A stretch of DNA of 64,000 nt, taken from positions 806,001 through 870,000 of the forward strand of contig CAJFCJ010000025.1 in NCBI GenBank assembly GCA_904063045.1, given 5' to 3'. The notes beneath the pieces were generated by a model. It was not told the origin of the DNA and made no database searches. It worked only from the letters and a program-made list of their open reading frames with translations. A program made the translations under genes and the position numbers. Position 1 is the stretch's first letter. The number at the start of each line of letters is the position of its first letter. This DNA is from Dimorphilus gyrociliatus (lineage: Eukaryota; Animalia; Annelida). Shown one piece after another: positions 24,873-38,130 of this stretch.

Positions 24873-25490
24873 AATATTAATCTTCACTTGCTATCTTCTT
24901 CAAAGTTTTTCCTCTCTCATTTAAAAGTATTAACAATTAACGATTTAAAAGAACGTCATAAATATCGGAATATCAAATACAAAGTTTCTATTAAAAGTAT
25001 TAAGGTTATATAAGAAATTGCAACAATTAAAGAGTTTATCTCATAAATATCATTGAAAAGTTAAACCAGGATTAAAGTTGTTATTCAATTTGCATAAATT
25101 CATGAAAAATAAAATAAACAATTAAAGAAAACTATTAATTTGTATCGAAATTGTTGCACTTAGAAACGGTATATATTAGTGGTACGACGCGATCTGTTAG
25201 TTTGATAGTATGGCACGATCCGAAATAATAACTGATTAGGGATACTGCAATTGAAGAAAAAGATAGTTCTAATAGAGTTGCTCTATCCTTAATTTAGCCT
25301 TAAACATCTCCTTTTAATAATAATATTCCCCATTTGCCCTTATATACAGTTACGATCTCCAAAATTGTCCCATTAAAATATAATTGGCCCAAGTTCGAGA
25401 AGAACCTAAATATCACTGGAGATAAAAAGCGTCAGATAAACTTTGCAACACCTGGCAGAATAGGAGACGCAATAAATAAACGACGCAGGT

Positions 25491-25532
25491 GTTTCCCTAG
25501 TGACGTCACTGTGACTATATCCTATGACGTCA
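25491..25532. promoter_or_regulatory. RFX X-box-like site overlapping a CRE, with a second CRE nearby, upstream of the WD40 gene
   Basis: GTTTCCCTAGTGAC at 25491-25504 overlaps TGACGTCA at 25501-25508; second TGACGTCA at 25525-25532; about 620 nt upstream of the ATG, in a locally GC/CpG-richer patch. Confidence 0.45.
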
Positions 25533-26209
25533 TTATCGGCAACCGTATCGGTTTACTCCTGAAAAATTTTTACAGCAATCTTCTTTCAAGTTTTACGATG
25601 CGGAAAATTTCTATTTCAAATGAAAATCTGAGCTTTCAAAAATATGGCGGCGACTTCAAAAGAACCGCGATCAACAAACGAAGAGGCGCTGTAAACACGA
25701 TTTTCTTTCGAAAGTGCCGGGACGCGTGCTGGATTAGACGCGAGAGTGACGGCAGGTGACGTCGCATTATTTTTAGACGCTTTTAAGGCCATTAAAGGCT
25801 TAATGTTTAAATTTTTATTTGAGGAGATTTAGGGTTAAGCTTGACGCTTGTTATATGAAAATCATTGAGGAAATCATGAATTTTTCAAGAGTTGAGGTCA
25901 AGTTTCATACCCTTTTTGCCTATTTCATTTCCTTTTCGCCACTTTTTTGTCAAGGTCTTTAAAAAACAATCAATCAGTTCTTTCCACATCTTTCTAACCT
26001 TTAAGGCAATTCTTAACCCGTTAAATTCAATCTCCACCCTTTTCCCCACCTACTCTTCAAAGTTCGTTAGAAATTTTTCAAGTATTGAATTTCATTCCAT
26101 ATTGCGTAATTTTGTATTATTCTTTAAACAATTTAATAGTAATAATATTAATATAAGAATAAACGGTAATATATATATACATATATATACATACATACAT
26201 ATATGTTAA

Positions 26210-29142
26210 CTATAAGTGGTTAACTGTTAAATAACCACTATCACTGTCAACGACACTATCTGCCGCCATCTTACTGACACAAACAGTAACATCATCATCG
26301 CTAACTAATTCAGACAATATTTTCATAAAATTAATAGGTGCAACTAATAATTCGGCAACGCTAATTGCTGCATTTCTGGCAATAAAGTCTTGAAAGGGTT
26401 GACTATTTTGTAGCAAATACTTTAATGTTGAATAAGCCTTGCTTAAACCGGAACCATATAGTTCGTGAGCTTCGCAAATAACTCGCACGTGGTGTGCAAA
26501 CGTTTCAATAGCATCAGTAGAATTTCTTAAGGCAGCGTTAACATTACGCATTAGAACGGATATCTGTTGAAAGGAGTAAAGGAAACAAACAATTAATTAA
26601 AGAGAATAAATAAATAAACAAATAAAATATTTACTTTTTCAATATTATTAAATAAATCTCTATGTTCATCCAAATTCAAAACAAATCGTCTCAAAGGACG
26701 AGTATGACAGACAGCTCCACTTTCCAAGAAATTCTCGTAATTTCGGCACAGGTTCACCAAAATATCGTCAGTACATTGCAGGTTTTCTTTACTCTCTTCC
26801 ATAATCTTTTCAAACATTGTTGAATCCATATTTTTCTCGAATATACTTTGGAAGCTGGATACCGTAATATCACTTCCAATCATTGAAACATCGACGGGAT
26901 TGACGGCCAATTTATCGCGTCTTTCAAACTTGTGCCATCCATTCAAAGAGCGTTTCCGTAAGAAACGTCGAATACCAAATGAAACGCTTCCGCAGCTTTG
27001 TGTACCACTCTTACGAGCGACACTAAAAATCAGGCGGCTTTTTGCGTCCGAATCTTTAAGGTGGCTATTTGTATTGGAGCAAAAAAAAAAACGCGAATTT
27101 AATGACATGAGTTACAAGACTATATCTATATAATTATAGAGAAAGGAATCTGCCAGGTACAGACAGTAGGCGCACGACTACCAGAAAGAGATAAAAAATC
27201 ATTTATTTCTCCATGAACTACTCATTGGGGTATAAAAACGTGATAAATCCTACCGATAAACAAACAGATATCGCCTTACTGTTTAATGTAGACGAGTTAA
27301 TTGAGAAGAGCTAATTAACAGGACTAGAGATTTACTTGAAGTTAATTGATAGCGTTTCCTATTAAGCATTTAATTAAATTAATGCTTTGATAATAGGATA
27401 GAGTCAATCCTAATGTTTGGTTCCAAGTCGGTCTTTAATGAGTAGTTATTAGATGAAGTAAAGATTGATAGAAAATAAACAAATAGTTAAAAAAGGTGAC
27501 GTATTCGGCGAATTACTTTGAAAGTTGTAATTTAGTCGGTAACATTCCCTATAATTTAAACAAATTGAATAGGAAGGTATAAATGACTTACAAATTGAAT
27601 TTGCATCCAAAGGTGACGCGTTCTTTTACGCAACTTACTACGGGAGTAAATCTTCTATCTCTTCCGGAAATAGAAATCTGTTAAGAAAAAATAGAAAAAA
27701 GTTAGAAAAAAACACTCTTGAACTTTCTGAATAAACAAGGCAGATGTTATACTAATAACTTACCCTCACTTGAACAGACGGCCAGCTTTCTCCGTGCAAA
27801 AGACGAGCTTCCAAAACTGCGGGATATCAACCATTATCTCGAGAAAAGAAAAGCCTAGGCCTACACTTCCACTTGATTAGATTTGTTATTGAAAAAAGTT
27901 AACCCAGGATGTCTTGTGCAAGTCTCATGCTAATGACGTCACATCAAAGGGAACCGGCGGTAAAGGGCGTTACATAAACGTCAATTAGTAAGTGTGCTTG
28001 TGAAAGTGGCGACAGGTGACTTTATTTTACTATCTTTAAAGTATATCTTTATCGAGATAGGCCAAACTAGACAATTTGTTCAGGTATATTAAAAGATGGG
28101 AGTAGAAGATAATTTCAATTTTTTTCTTTTCGAAAGGATAAGATTTTCATAAGACTTTTTACGTAAGGGACATGTGGACAGGTGTCGGCACACCTGGTCT
28201 ATAAAGGCTTTGGTCATTTTTCAGGCGGTTTTTTTTCGGTGGCTTTTAGGAGATTTTTACGGGAAAGGAAAAAAGTTTAAAAAAAGAATAAACTTACCAT
28301 AGACCGTTAATGTCCTATTTTCTTCCGTATAATTAACGGCAAGACGAAGTTCACCTGTTAATGATGAGAAATAACAAAGTTAACAACCTTTACTTAATTA
28401 AATTACAATTATGCTTCATTTTTTATTACTTTTTAAAAGATGTTTTAAAAATATAACTTTTTATAAGCGAGTTTGACTTTAGACCACCCCCCGCCCCGTC
28501 TATACTACCTCCCTTACTTCCCACCCACCCCGTTGTCTTGTATATTTTTTTTTCCAACAACACTCGCACGCTTTATCCTTATTCAACACCTTAAAATTAC
28601 AAAAGAACCATTGCTTTAGGGCAACTTGGCCAGAATGTGTAAACAATAACTTAATCCACAAACGTAAAACCCGAAAGGAACACGAAAAGTAAGAATTCCC
28701 CTGAGGAAAGGTTTTCCTTCTATCATTAATAATCTAACTGAAATGGGAGATTTCCGAAGGAGTTTGAAAAAAATCTTGAAAGGCTATCGAATTCTAATGT
28801 TTTTCAATCGGCTATTTTTATGTTTATCGAAATGTCAAAGGGCGTTCTAACAACACCAGAAAAAAACCTATTAAATTACACTACAGTACCCTCCTACTTG
28901 GCCTTATATTCTTTCTTAAAAGTAAATATATATGTATATATATATACACTTATATATTTGCATATATAATAATTATTATAATAATTAGTTGTGCAGGCAT
29001 CTTTCTAGTTAGAAAAAGCTACTTGCTTGCACCTTTAAAGCGCACCTTTATGAGTAAAGGTGTATATATAACCCTATATACATAAGACATATACATAATA
29101 TATCTCATTATACTAACCAAGACAATTTTTCACGCAATCCAT
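26210..29142 (-). CDS. C2 domain (RGS3-like type) fused to a degenerate Dbl-homology-like domain; 6 exons, about 334 aa
   Basis: Exons 29142-29118, 28354-28298, 27816-27764, 27677-27592, 27064-26635, 26563-26210 are all GT-AG and phase-compatible (1005 nt). C2: GELRLAVNYTEENRTLTVYVLEARLL...VQVRISIS...FNFHLKDSDAKSRLIFSV...GSVSFGIRRFL...LNGWHKF. DH-like: RPLRRFVLNLDEHRDLFNNIEKI...FQDFI...ELLVAPI. Start codon is tentative. Confidence 0.8.
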
Positions 29143-32100
29143 TTTTCTTAATACGTTCGCTCGAACAACCCGAATCGAATTAACAACTGACCAGCTCGAA
29201 TTTGTATTACGTATCGAGTGATGGTGGCTCCGCCTCTTGTTGATTGACAGGCGACACTTGTAGGTGATTGGACGACGCCTGACAGGACACGTGCGGTGTA
29301 AAATAATGAAGTAAAATAAAAGTTTGATACAAACATCGGTGCTGTTTTTCCGATATCCAGTCGAGTGTATGCGAAAAAATTTAATTAAATTTACGCTTTT
29401 CCAGCAGCTTGTAGTGACGCGATCGTTTGACGTCCTGTTTGCTTCTGGGGTGTTTCTCCTTCCAAAGAGTAGTATATAACTTGTTCTTTGCCCTCCTCTC
29501 TTTAACGCCTTTCGAATTGGCTGTGAAAAAGGTTTATAACAGTCAACTCTCTTTACTAATATTATTTATGAGCTTCTATTATCGAATAAATGATTTAGAG
29601 GGAAAAGAAAATATTTTCTATAAATACTTGTACACGCGTTAAATTGGCCGTGTTAGAATGGGGGTGGACGAAAGAAAATGTTCACTATAGGCCTATCGGA
29701 CGGCAGATGCGTTCAATTTTCTCTATTGTGCGGAAAATGGGTAGGGTAAATAACTTTGATTTAAATTAAAATATTGAGAAACGAGCTTTTTACTAGCTTT
29801 TCTTCTTCTCTTTAAAGAGTATAGAAGATAGTAGCCTAAATCGTTTTACTATTATGCAAAGTCACATATGTTAAATTATAGTGGGTAAAGGAGATACGTG
29901 TCGGAAATGGTTTCACTGTTACAAAGCCTTTCAACGCGTGGATTTTCGGTTTAGACGCCTTAATGACCTTTTTTCGCGAAAGGTTCCTGCCTCTCACACA
30001 TCTCATTTTCACCCTAAACTTCTGTTTTGTCTTTTTTCTTCTTCTTCATAGGTGAAACGCGAACGAATTAATTAGGTACAAGAATGAAAATCTTTCAATT
30101 AGTCACTTTTCATGAATAGATCCGAGAAGATATAAATCTAATGAAACTTTAAGAACGGAAAGTAAATTATCAGCAATTAGACGGTCTGTATAAAAGCAGA
30201 AACAACCTTAGGCGAATTGCCTTAAAGATTAGCTAAATAAACAAGGTTCGTTGGAGAAGGACACGCGTTTTTTTTTGAACTTTTTCGCAAGTCTTTCTAA
30301 GAGTCGGCGCCAATTAGAAAGTCGGCAATCGTCAAAAGATCTTCGATAAAGCGTCTAATTTGTGTATATATAAGAATATAATTCCTCCCATTTTAAATAG
30401 ATATAGATATTATCAATTGAAATTGTTTTGTATATGATCGATTTGAACAAATTCGCCCAAACAATTAATTACGATAAAGATAGATAACGTCAACCTTTCA
30501 AGTAAAATCAATTATTTTAATATATTTAAATGAATATTTAAATTTATTCTGAAAAGGGAAAGATATTTCAAGTATTAAAGACACTTTGTTATTATTACAT
30601 TTCTTGTAATATTTAAGTGAACTTGACGAAAATATAAAGAATTCACGCATTTTGGGCTCAATTCACTCGGGTATTACTAAATATAAAGTTTCAACTCTTA
30701 AAAGTGTTAAACGATTAAGACCGACTTGTTGCTTATAAAGCAATCTTGCGACGCACTCGACCGACAAGATATTTACGTTTTATTCTTCAATAAACCAAGC
30801 TTTCTTTCTTTTATTTTCCACCTTATGTTTGTTTTTGTCGTTATACGCAGTTTTTCCTTTCCCACCGTCGGGTCACCGACCTTCTATCGCATACGCCGAA
30901 GAGATCGACTTAACGACGGGATACTTTTTCTTGTTGGAAAGATGATCCTAATGAGTTACGTATCTCTACTATAGAATTTATTTTTCTTATGTGTAAACAT
31001 TCTTTATCGAACGCATAACGATTAAAATAATAAGTGTAATAATGTAGTTCAGTTGGGTAATAGTACGTAATCGAATGGTTCCTGTCCTAACCGACGTGAC
31101 GCCTATGTTACTCTTTTTGATAGAGGCGTTAAATAATATGGACGATAAATGAATTTTAAAAGTGTTTTCCATTCGAAAAAGAAATTTAAGACGACCTGTT
31201 ATGAATGAATTCATAGGGGATGAAGCGTCCGAGTGAGTTTTTTGGATGGATGACGTCACATTCAGTCCATATTGCGCTCATGTGACGCGCTAAGACGATA
31301 ATTGAGCGTGCTTGGTGGCCGACACTCGAAGCGTCGAGGCGTCGTTTGGGGATACTTTCCGCGAAAGTATGCCGGCTAGTAGAAAGTTTCATTTTGGTTG
31401 CAAACATTGTAACAACGCTTACGTATTATTTTATAAAGAAGAAAATTTTACTCTTCTTCAAAAATATCTTCCCGAATGATGACGTCAGAGAATTATTACA
31501 CACACGCTTTTATTGAACGATGCCTTCATTGTCCAACGTACGCCAAATAACGCTATATTATTATAATTAAAGTGGAATGATTAGAGTAGGCGTAACAGTG
31601 CTAAAAACAGGACGGGAACAACAAGAAAGAATGAGAGAAATAAAGAAAAGAACAAAACAAAAGCGTGGGCGGAGGGAGGAGAGAAGGCGTTCCCCGATTG
31701 AAATTTTTACTGTTATACCAATAATACAAGGAATCAAATAGTTGGAAAAGGAATAGGAAGAATAATTCTATTTTACTTGAATGTTGTAAGAAAGATAAAT
31801 AAATGAAATACCTTAGATAGAAATGTAGTTGGAGTATCACGCTGTTTTTCACGCGTCTGGAGGAAGAAGGCACAGTAGTAATAATACTAAATTTCCAAAA
31901 TATTTTCAAATTAGACATTAGTATCCTCGAGGGAGGGATTCACACCAAATTTTTTCTGATAGCGTGATAACTTGTACATAATTAACTTTTTCTTCGGTTT
32001 AAATTACTTACCGTTATCTCTATCTATTCCTCCTCTTCTAGCTTAACTCGTAACTAGTTAGGATCCGACCACTGCGTTACTGGACCAGGAACTATCATAA

Positions 32101-34443
32101 CGTTTCGAAAGAAAAATATATTAGACGCAAGATGTCAGCATTGGAAAGGAATGTATCACCTCTAAAGTTAGATCTCAAGCTCTATCCGCATAATAACTAT
32201 ATGACACTGTAAAACGGTAAAGAGTGTTCAATTGATTAAGAGTTCTGAAAAAGTATCTTTCACCAAAGGCTTACAACTCTCGCTAATATCATTTTTTCGT
32301 TCAATTACCCAACTGCAGAGAAAGTATGAATTCGTAAAAAAACTTTTAAAATCTCTCCTCTCTCTTTTCCTCCCATCAATCGAATTCAAACGGAAATTCT
32401 GAAATTACTTTTCAAATTATTCAACTCACCTTAACATATCACCATTCAACCCTTCCCTTCGCTTATCTTAATCATTCAATTCAGAATAGAATTTCAACGT
32501 TAAATGCAGTACTTTATTGTAAAAACTCATTTGGGAAAGGTTGTCATTGCACGGAATTCTAAAACGTCTTTCTCTATTTTATTGGCGTCTATTGGTCAAT
32601 TTTTTATTTAAAGTTAATTTTCCCCCTTGTTTTCGGTCTAATAAACGCAAAAAAAGTTGGTTATTGATTTTATTAAAAAGACATAAGGGAAAAGGAAAAG
32701 AAAATAAGGCATAAAATGCTTATTAGAAATATTCATATGAAGAAAAGAAATAAGTAATTTAAAGTTCATATTAGAATTGTGTTTACATGCTTTTAGACGT
32801 TATTTTCCTATTCGATTCCTGTTAAAACCATAATGTAATCGTATTTGTACAAACATAAAGGATACAACAGTAGATGGGAATGTTATCCGACTCTTGTCAA
32901 GTTTCTTTCCTCCGCTTAGGGATGAAAGAGGCTTTCCAAATAGCTCTAGTTGGATCAATTAAACCTTATATAGAGTTCATAAATTTAACCCCAACGAATA
33001 ACAGTAAGAAAGGCTGTAGTTACCCTATGTTTTATTTCAAAGAATACCGGTTTTACGATGATGGATTTACGAGATTAGGGCAAAATAAACTATTATAGAG
33101 AATATTCCCCCGACTTGAAATACTATTTTGCAATCGCTAGATAGATCTTGGGCATATTTGATTAAATTTCCATAATTTTTCAAAGATCCGCAAATATCGA
33201 GTTGGTGTTATAACTCTGTTAAAAAAAAAGAAGAGAGAAGAAAGTCGTTGATATATCTTAGCGGGATAGTAGTCTAATATCAGTTATTACATAATTTTTG
33301 CAGTAAGAAAGTAGACGTTTTTTTAAGGTCATGTTATTTAAAGGCCTTTAAGGAGAAATGAAATTTCTTTGTTCTCATACCTATTGTAAGGGAGAAGAAA
33401 GAAAGTAGAGTATAGATGAGAGATGATTTAGAAAATTGAGCTAGCTGAATAGCTACGAGCATCAATGAGATTATAGAAAGAGATAGGTTAATATTTGATA
33501 TGATTAAAAATACTTGCTGTAAAAGAAATAAAGAGAACAAGTTGTTTAATTAGTTGCTTCACGAGAAATAAACGAATGGACGAATGATTTTAATTAAACA
33601 TATCAGAAAAGGGAGAAACTACACCAGAGCAATTGCAGGTTTATTCGATAGGGATAAGTTGGCAGTCCTAACAGGCTCTAGATTTTTTTTTATTCGACCA
33701 GACAAAAGTATTAAGTCAAGAGATCATACCGATTATTCAATTGACAGAGATAGGATAAAGTCTACCAAGGGCAATAAATTATCATCAAAACAGTGTCGCT
33801 ACCTTTGGGGCATAAAATAATTTTTTTTCACTAAATATATCATCTGTATTTAAGGGATACGTTACTAGGTTGCGAGAAGTATTATCAAATTACCAATCAG
33901 CCTTGGAAAAAGGTAGAACGAAACTAAGAAGTTTAAGAATATCGTTAGACGAGGTTGGTGATTAATTAGAAGAAAACGACCCTTGTGAGCAAGTCAACCC
34001 TGAGGGTGTCTAGTCTTTGCCTGAATGCTGAAAAAGGGCAAAAAGCTATTCGACAATTATGCAAGCGAATTTTTCCCTTTCTGCCTCAGTTGTCGTCTGC
34101 CATTGCCATGTCAAGCGGGACTTATAAGTGCGCAATATTTTGACAAAGATATTACTAGCGTACGACGACAGTCGATTTAACGATAGAGAGAAATTTTCTC
34201 TCCAAAAGCATGCTGAAAGAAGATTGAAGGAAGGCTAAAATTTCGACGTCTAATCGGTAGTCCTTGTAAGAGACGTAGAATACCAGATATCTTCCATCTT
34301 TGTCAGATGTTGCCATTAGGGACCATATACAATAGACGTTTACAATCGTAAAAGCATTTGTTATTGATAAACGTAAAAACAAAAATAATGCTAACAATAA
34401 AGGAGAAAATGCAATGTAGAGGAAAAGGGCTAGATTGGAAAAG

Positions 34444-34458
34444 ATAGAGAGAGAGAGT

Positions 34459-34510
<52 letters not shown>

Positions 34511-34530
34511 GGGGGGAGAGCGCGAGAGGA
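34444..34530. repeat. (GA)n microsatellite
   Basis: Long AG run; it generates the LSLSLS shadow ORFs. Confidence 0.95.
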
Positions 34531-37500
34531 GAGAAAAAGAAAAGAGAGTGATGACAAACTTTGCAGTGTTTTGCAGTTGTAGCGTTTCGTTTATGCATAA
34601 ATCAGACACCAATAGCCAAATGACTAGGGGGAAAAAAGAGATTCGTTATATGTATGACTTTTAGCCTTATGGGTAAGGAAAAATTCTTACTAGTTGGTAT
34701 AATGTACTAGAAATTCGATTTGTACAAGAAAATCACATTTTCTAAATTCCTCTCATCACACTAAACAAACCAAAACAAATTATACAGGAAACAGCTGGCA
34801 GAATGTACAAGGAGTTTAGCGGTTAGAAAAATGAGAGAATGAGGGACTGGTGTTAGGTGAGAGAAGGCACAACTGGAATATCTAAGGGAGAAATATAACC
34901 TGAATAGCGTCGCCAGAGTAAATCAGATCTGATGAATGTTGACTTTAAACTCCATTAAATACTAATCATCAATTTTCATCATTTCCGCTAAACGCTGCCT
35001 ATCGAGTGAAAAATCAGATCGAAAAAAAGATCTGCTTTTCTTAAATGACAAAACACCTTTTTTTTAAAACCTTTTTCAAGTTCAGACTAGCTTTATAAGT
35101 ATAACGTATAATAAACTGGTATATTATATAAAAAACAGTTGATAGATAATCGACAAGTAGGCCCTTAGGCTCCTCTCCTCAGACGTAGGTAAAGTTTTAC
35201 AAGTGCGGCTTGATCAAAAAAAAAAAAAATTCTCTTCTTCTGCCTCAAAAATACTTTATCGCTCCTTGATAAAGCTGGAAACTAGCTGGCTTTGTAAGAA
35301 TTTCCCAAGAGCATGGGCCTTTGGAAAAATCGTTTCGATCCTCGTAGCAAGGGTCTCGAATGACCGTAACAGTTTTTAAAGTGAGTTTTTAAAGGTTAAA
35401 CGATACTTTTCGGTATATTTACAATTTAATTTTCAAGGAAATGGAAAGAACAAAGTAAATATTTGTGATAATTGCTAGACGTCTCTAGATTGAAAAGGAA
35501 GCAAAATGGAGCGTCTATTAATTAATTTTAGTTCGTAGTCACGAAATTTCTTAGAGGTTTAGAATCTTTTTGACTTTTTTTGTCGCCTTTATTTCTTTCT
35601 TCACAAATTTAGCGTTACAACAAGAAATTAGAAAAATTGAGCTAATATGAACATGTAATGAAAAGTCATAAATTAGTTTCGTGAATGCAAAATCACGTCT
35701 ATCATTTTTGTACATATTGATAAATAATAATAATAATAGGAATGATATTAAACGGCCTTTATATATATATATACTGCATGTATACAGTATAAGATAAAAC
35801 CAGGGTAACAATCAATCAGTCGGTATTTAAGGTTAGTGAATTATTTTTGGTAAGAAAGTATAAAAACAAAAAGAGAAAAAATAAAACAAAACACGAAAAA
35901 AAAATCAAGAAAAGAGTGAAAAATCTCTAGAATTGTCCAGTTTAAACATCATGTCACGGAACGGTAAACGTCCTATCGATCAGCAGCCGAAACTACCCAT
36001 CTTTTACCAGAATATTATAAGAAAACGAAAACGATAACCCATCTCCCTACTGCCTTCGGGCATAATTTTCCCATATCAACAGCGCCACCTGGACAAAAAA
36101 AGCCGTACTTTCTTATATGAATCGATGTTTGCTTTGCAACTACATTAATTTACACTCTCCGAGGTAAGAGATGCCGTCGGCGTTTCATTTCAATTTTATT
36201 GATTCCTAGACGCTTCTTAACGCCAGAACGGAAGTAACGGCGGTGGCTGTGAGAGCGTTAGCGATATTGCGAGTTTTTCTCTCTTTTTCGTGTCTTAAAA
36301 AGCACGACGTCGTCGTATTTAATGGATGCAGAAAATAGAGCTGATTGAGGACTAGATGATACAGTGAGTGTATTTTAATAGCGCTCCTCTTTTCCGGGTT
36401 TTTTTTTCTTATTCTTGGCTAATTGAGAAATGACCATCTCATTCATCTTAAATGTGAAAAGAGTCTACTTTCTAAATGACGAAATATGCTTTTTTATCGG
36501 ATATTCTTTTTAAAAAAAATCCCTTCTAAAATAGGAAATAAGATGAAAAAGAGATAAATTAAAATGAAGGAAAGGAATAAAAACGAAGGAAATACGAAAG
36601 ATTACTACGTACCTAACCTAACTTTGGCAAAGGACCAAATTGACGAAGGGAAATGCTTTTACTAATTTGGCCTTTCTGTCATCACTTCTCTTTTGGTGAG
36701 ATGTCTCTTAATTAGAATGACATATACGTTCGTCTAGGCTGAGAAAGCTGACAAAACATTCAATATAGTATAAAATGAAACCGTGGAATTTTTATGTTTT
36801 ATTCACCTTCGATTAGTCGAAATTCTCTTTGTCAAATTAGATTTGATGAGGAGAAAAGGCCCTAACTCGGTGGGCCTATTCGCTAGATTCTTCTTTAATA
36901 TAGCTTGTAATGAACTTTATAGAAACTGCCGAATAGTTGGAACGGAACAGATTAGACGTCGGTCGTCCCCATTGAAAGAAGCCAATAATAGTTATTTTGG
37001 TGGGTAAACAGCGGGAAAAAAATTCTAAAATGTTTGATTTCTTTTGGCAGCCAAAATGCTTTTCACCTTAACGTTTCTAGTTTTTTTAAACCGATTTAGT
37101 TAATCTAATGAGAGTAAACATATAGTATGTTCACTGTATTAAAGGATAGTTGTAATCTCATGTAAACAAACGAACAGTGAGCAAATGTACAAATGAAGAG
37201 TACTAAGGATTCTATTGGGGATGTTTGTAGTAATATTATAGTAAGAGCGTGGGAGTATAGAAGAAGGAAGATCTAGAGGAAAAGGAATAATACTAGACAT
37301 TCTCACGTGCTCTAAATAATTAGAATTTATGGGTAAGCTTAATGTTATTTGCATATTGGCCCGGTAGTGGATCGAGAAACGAACCAGTTACGTACCAGAA
37401 GGAGCAGGAGAAAAACACACCAGGTTTATAAAATAGACAACTCCAACACGGTGTAAGATTGGAGAAAAATTACGAAAAACGGGCTGAAAAGAGTGAAAAA

Positions 37501-38085
37501 AAGAGTGAGACAAACAGATAGATGAAATGAAATCGGCCTAAAGTTGGATGACAAAAGAGGATCCTGACAAATCTCTTAAATCCCTTATAGAAACTGAGTA
37601 ATCCTTGTTTGCACATAACGCTTAACAGTAGCAGATTGCATTGATTGTGCATAGTACATGAAATCGAAAGAAATTCCGTAACCATCATGCAATTAACGAA
37701 GGAGAAAAGAGACCGACGTCTTTTATTTATTAATTGAGCCTGTAGTCGGTTATTGTTCTCCGTCGATTCGGTGAATGTTGATGTTAAACGAAGGGGGAGG
37801 AGAGTAGAAAATAGAAAATTAGCCGTATTTTTGTTATCGATCGTCGGATCAATATATTTTGTCGGGGTGCGGAGCGTTCTTTGACTTCCATAAATCACTT
37901 CCTTCGTATGAAAGGAAAGTGCGAAGGAAGAACTCACCCTGAAGAGTTACAAATATTTAAATAGGTAATCTGAGAAACATTGCCTAAGAGAATAAAAAGA
38001 GGAGGTCGAGGAGAGGAGTTGAGTATAGGGAATAGAGTGGATGGAGAACAAGAAGATGCAGAGAAGGACCAAGCATGAGGAAAAT

Positions 38086-38117
<32 letters not shown>

Positions 38118-38130
38118 TGTGTGTGTGTGT
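38086..38130. repeat. (GA)n(GT)n compound microsatellite upstream of the orphan GPCR
   Basis: Directly visible. Confidence 0.9.

Noticed and set aside
25334-25759. 141-aa plus-strand ORF
   Set aside because: No recognisable motif or splice support; it coincides with the GC-richer promoter patch of the WD40 gene.
34155-34612. ORFs with LSLSLS/SLSL runs (also 7305-7496, 37947-38183, 58550-58762, 61569-61835)
   Set aside because: Translated (CT)n microsatellites.
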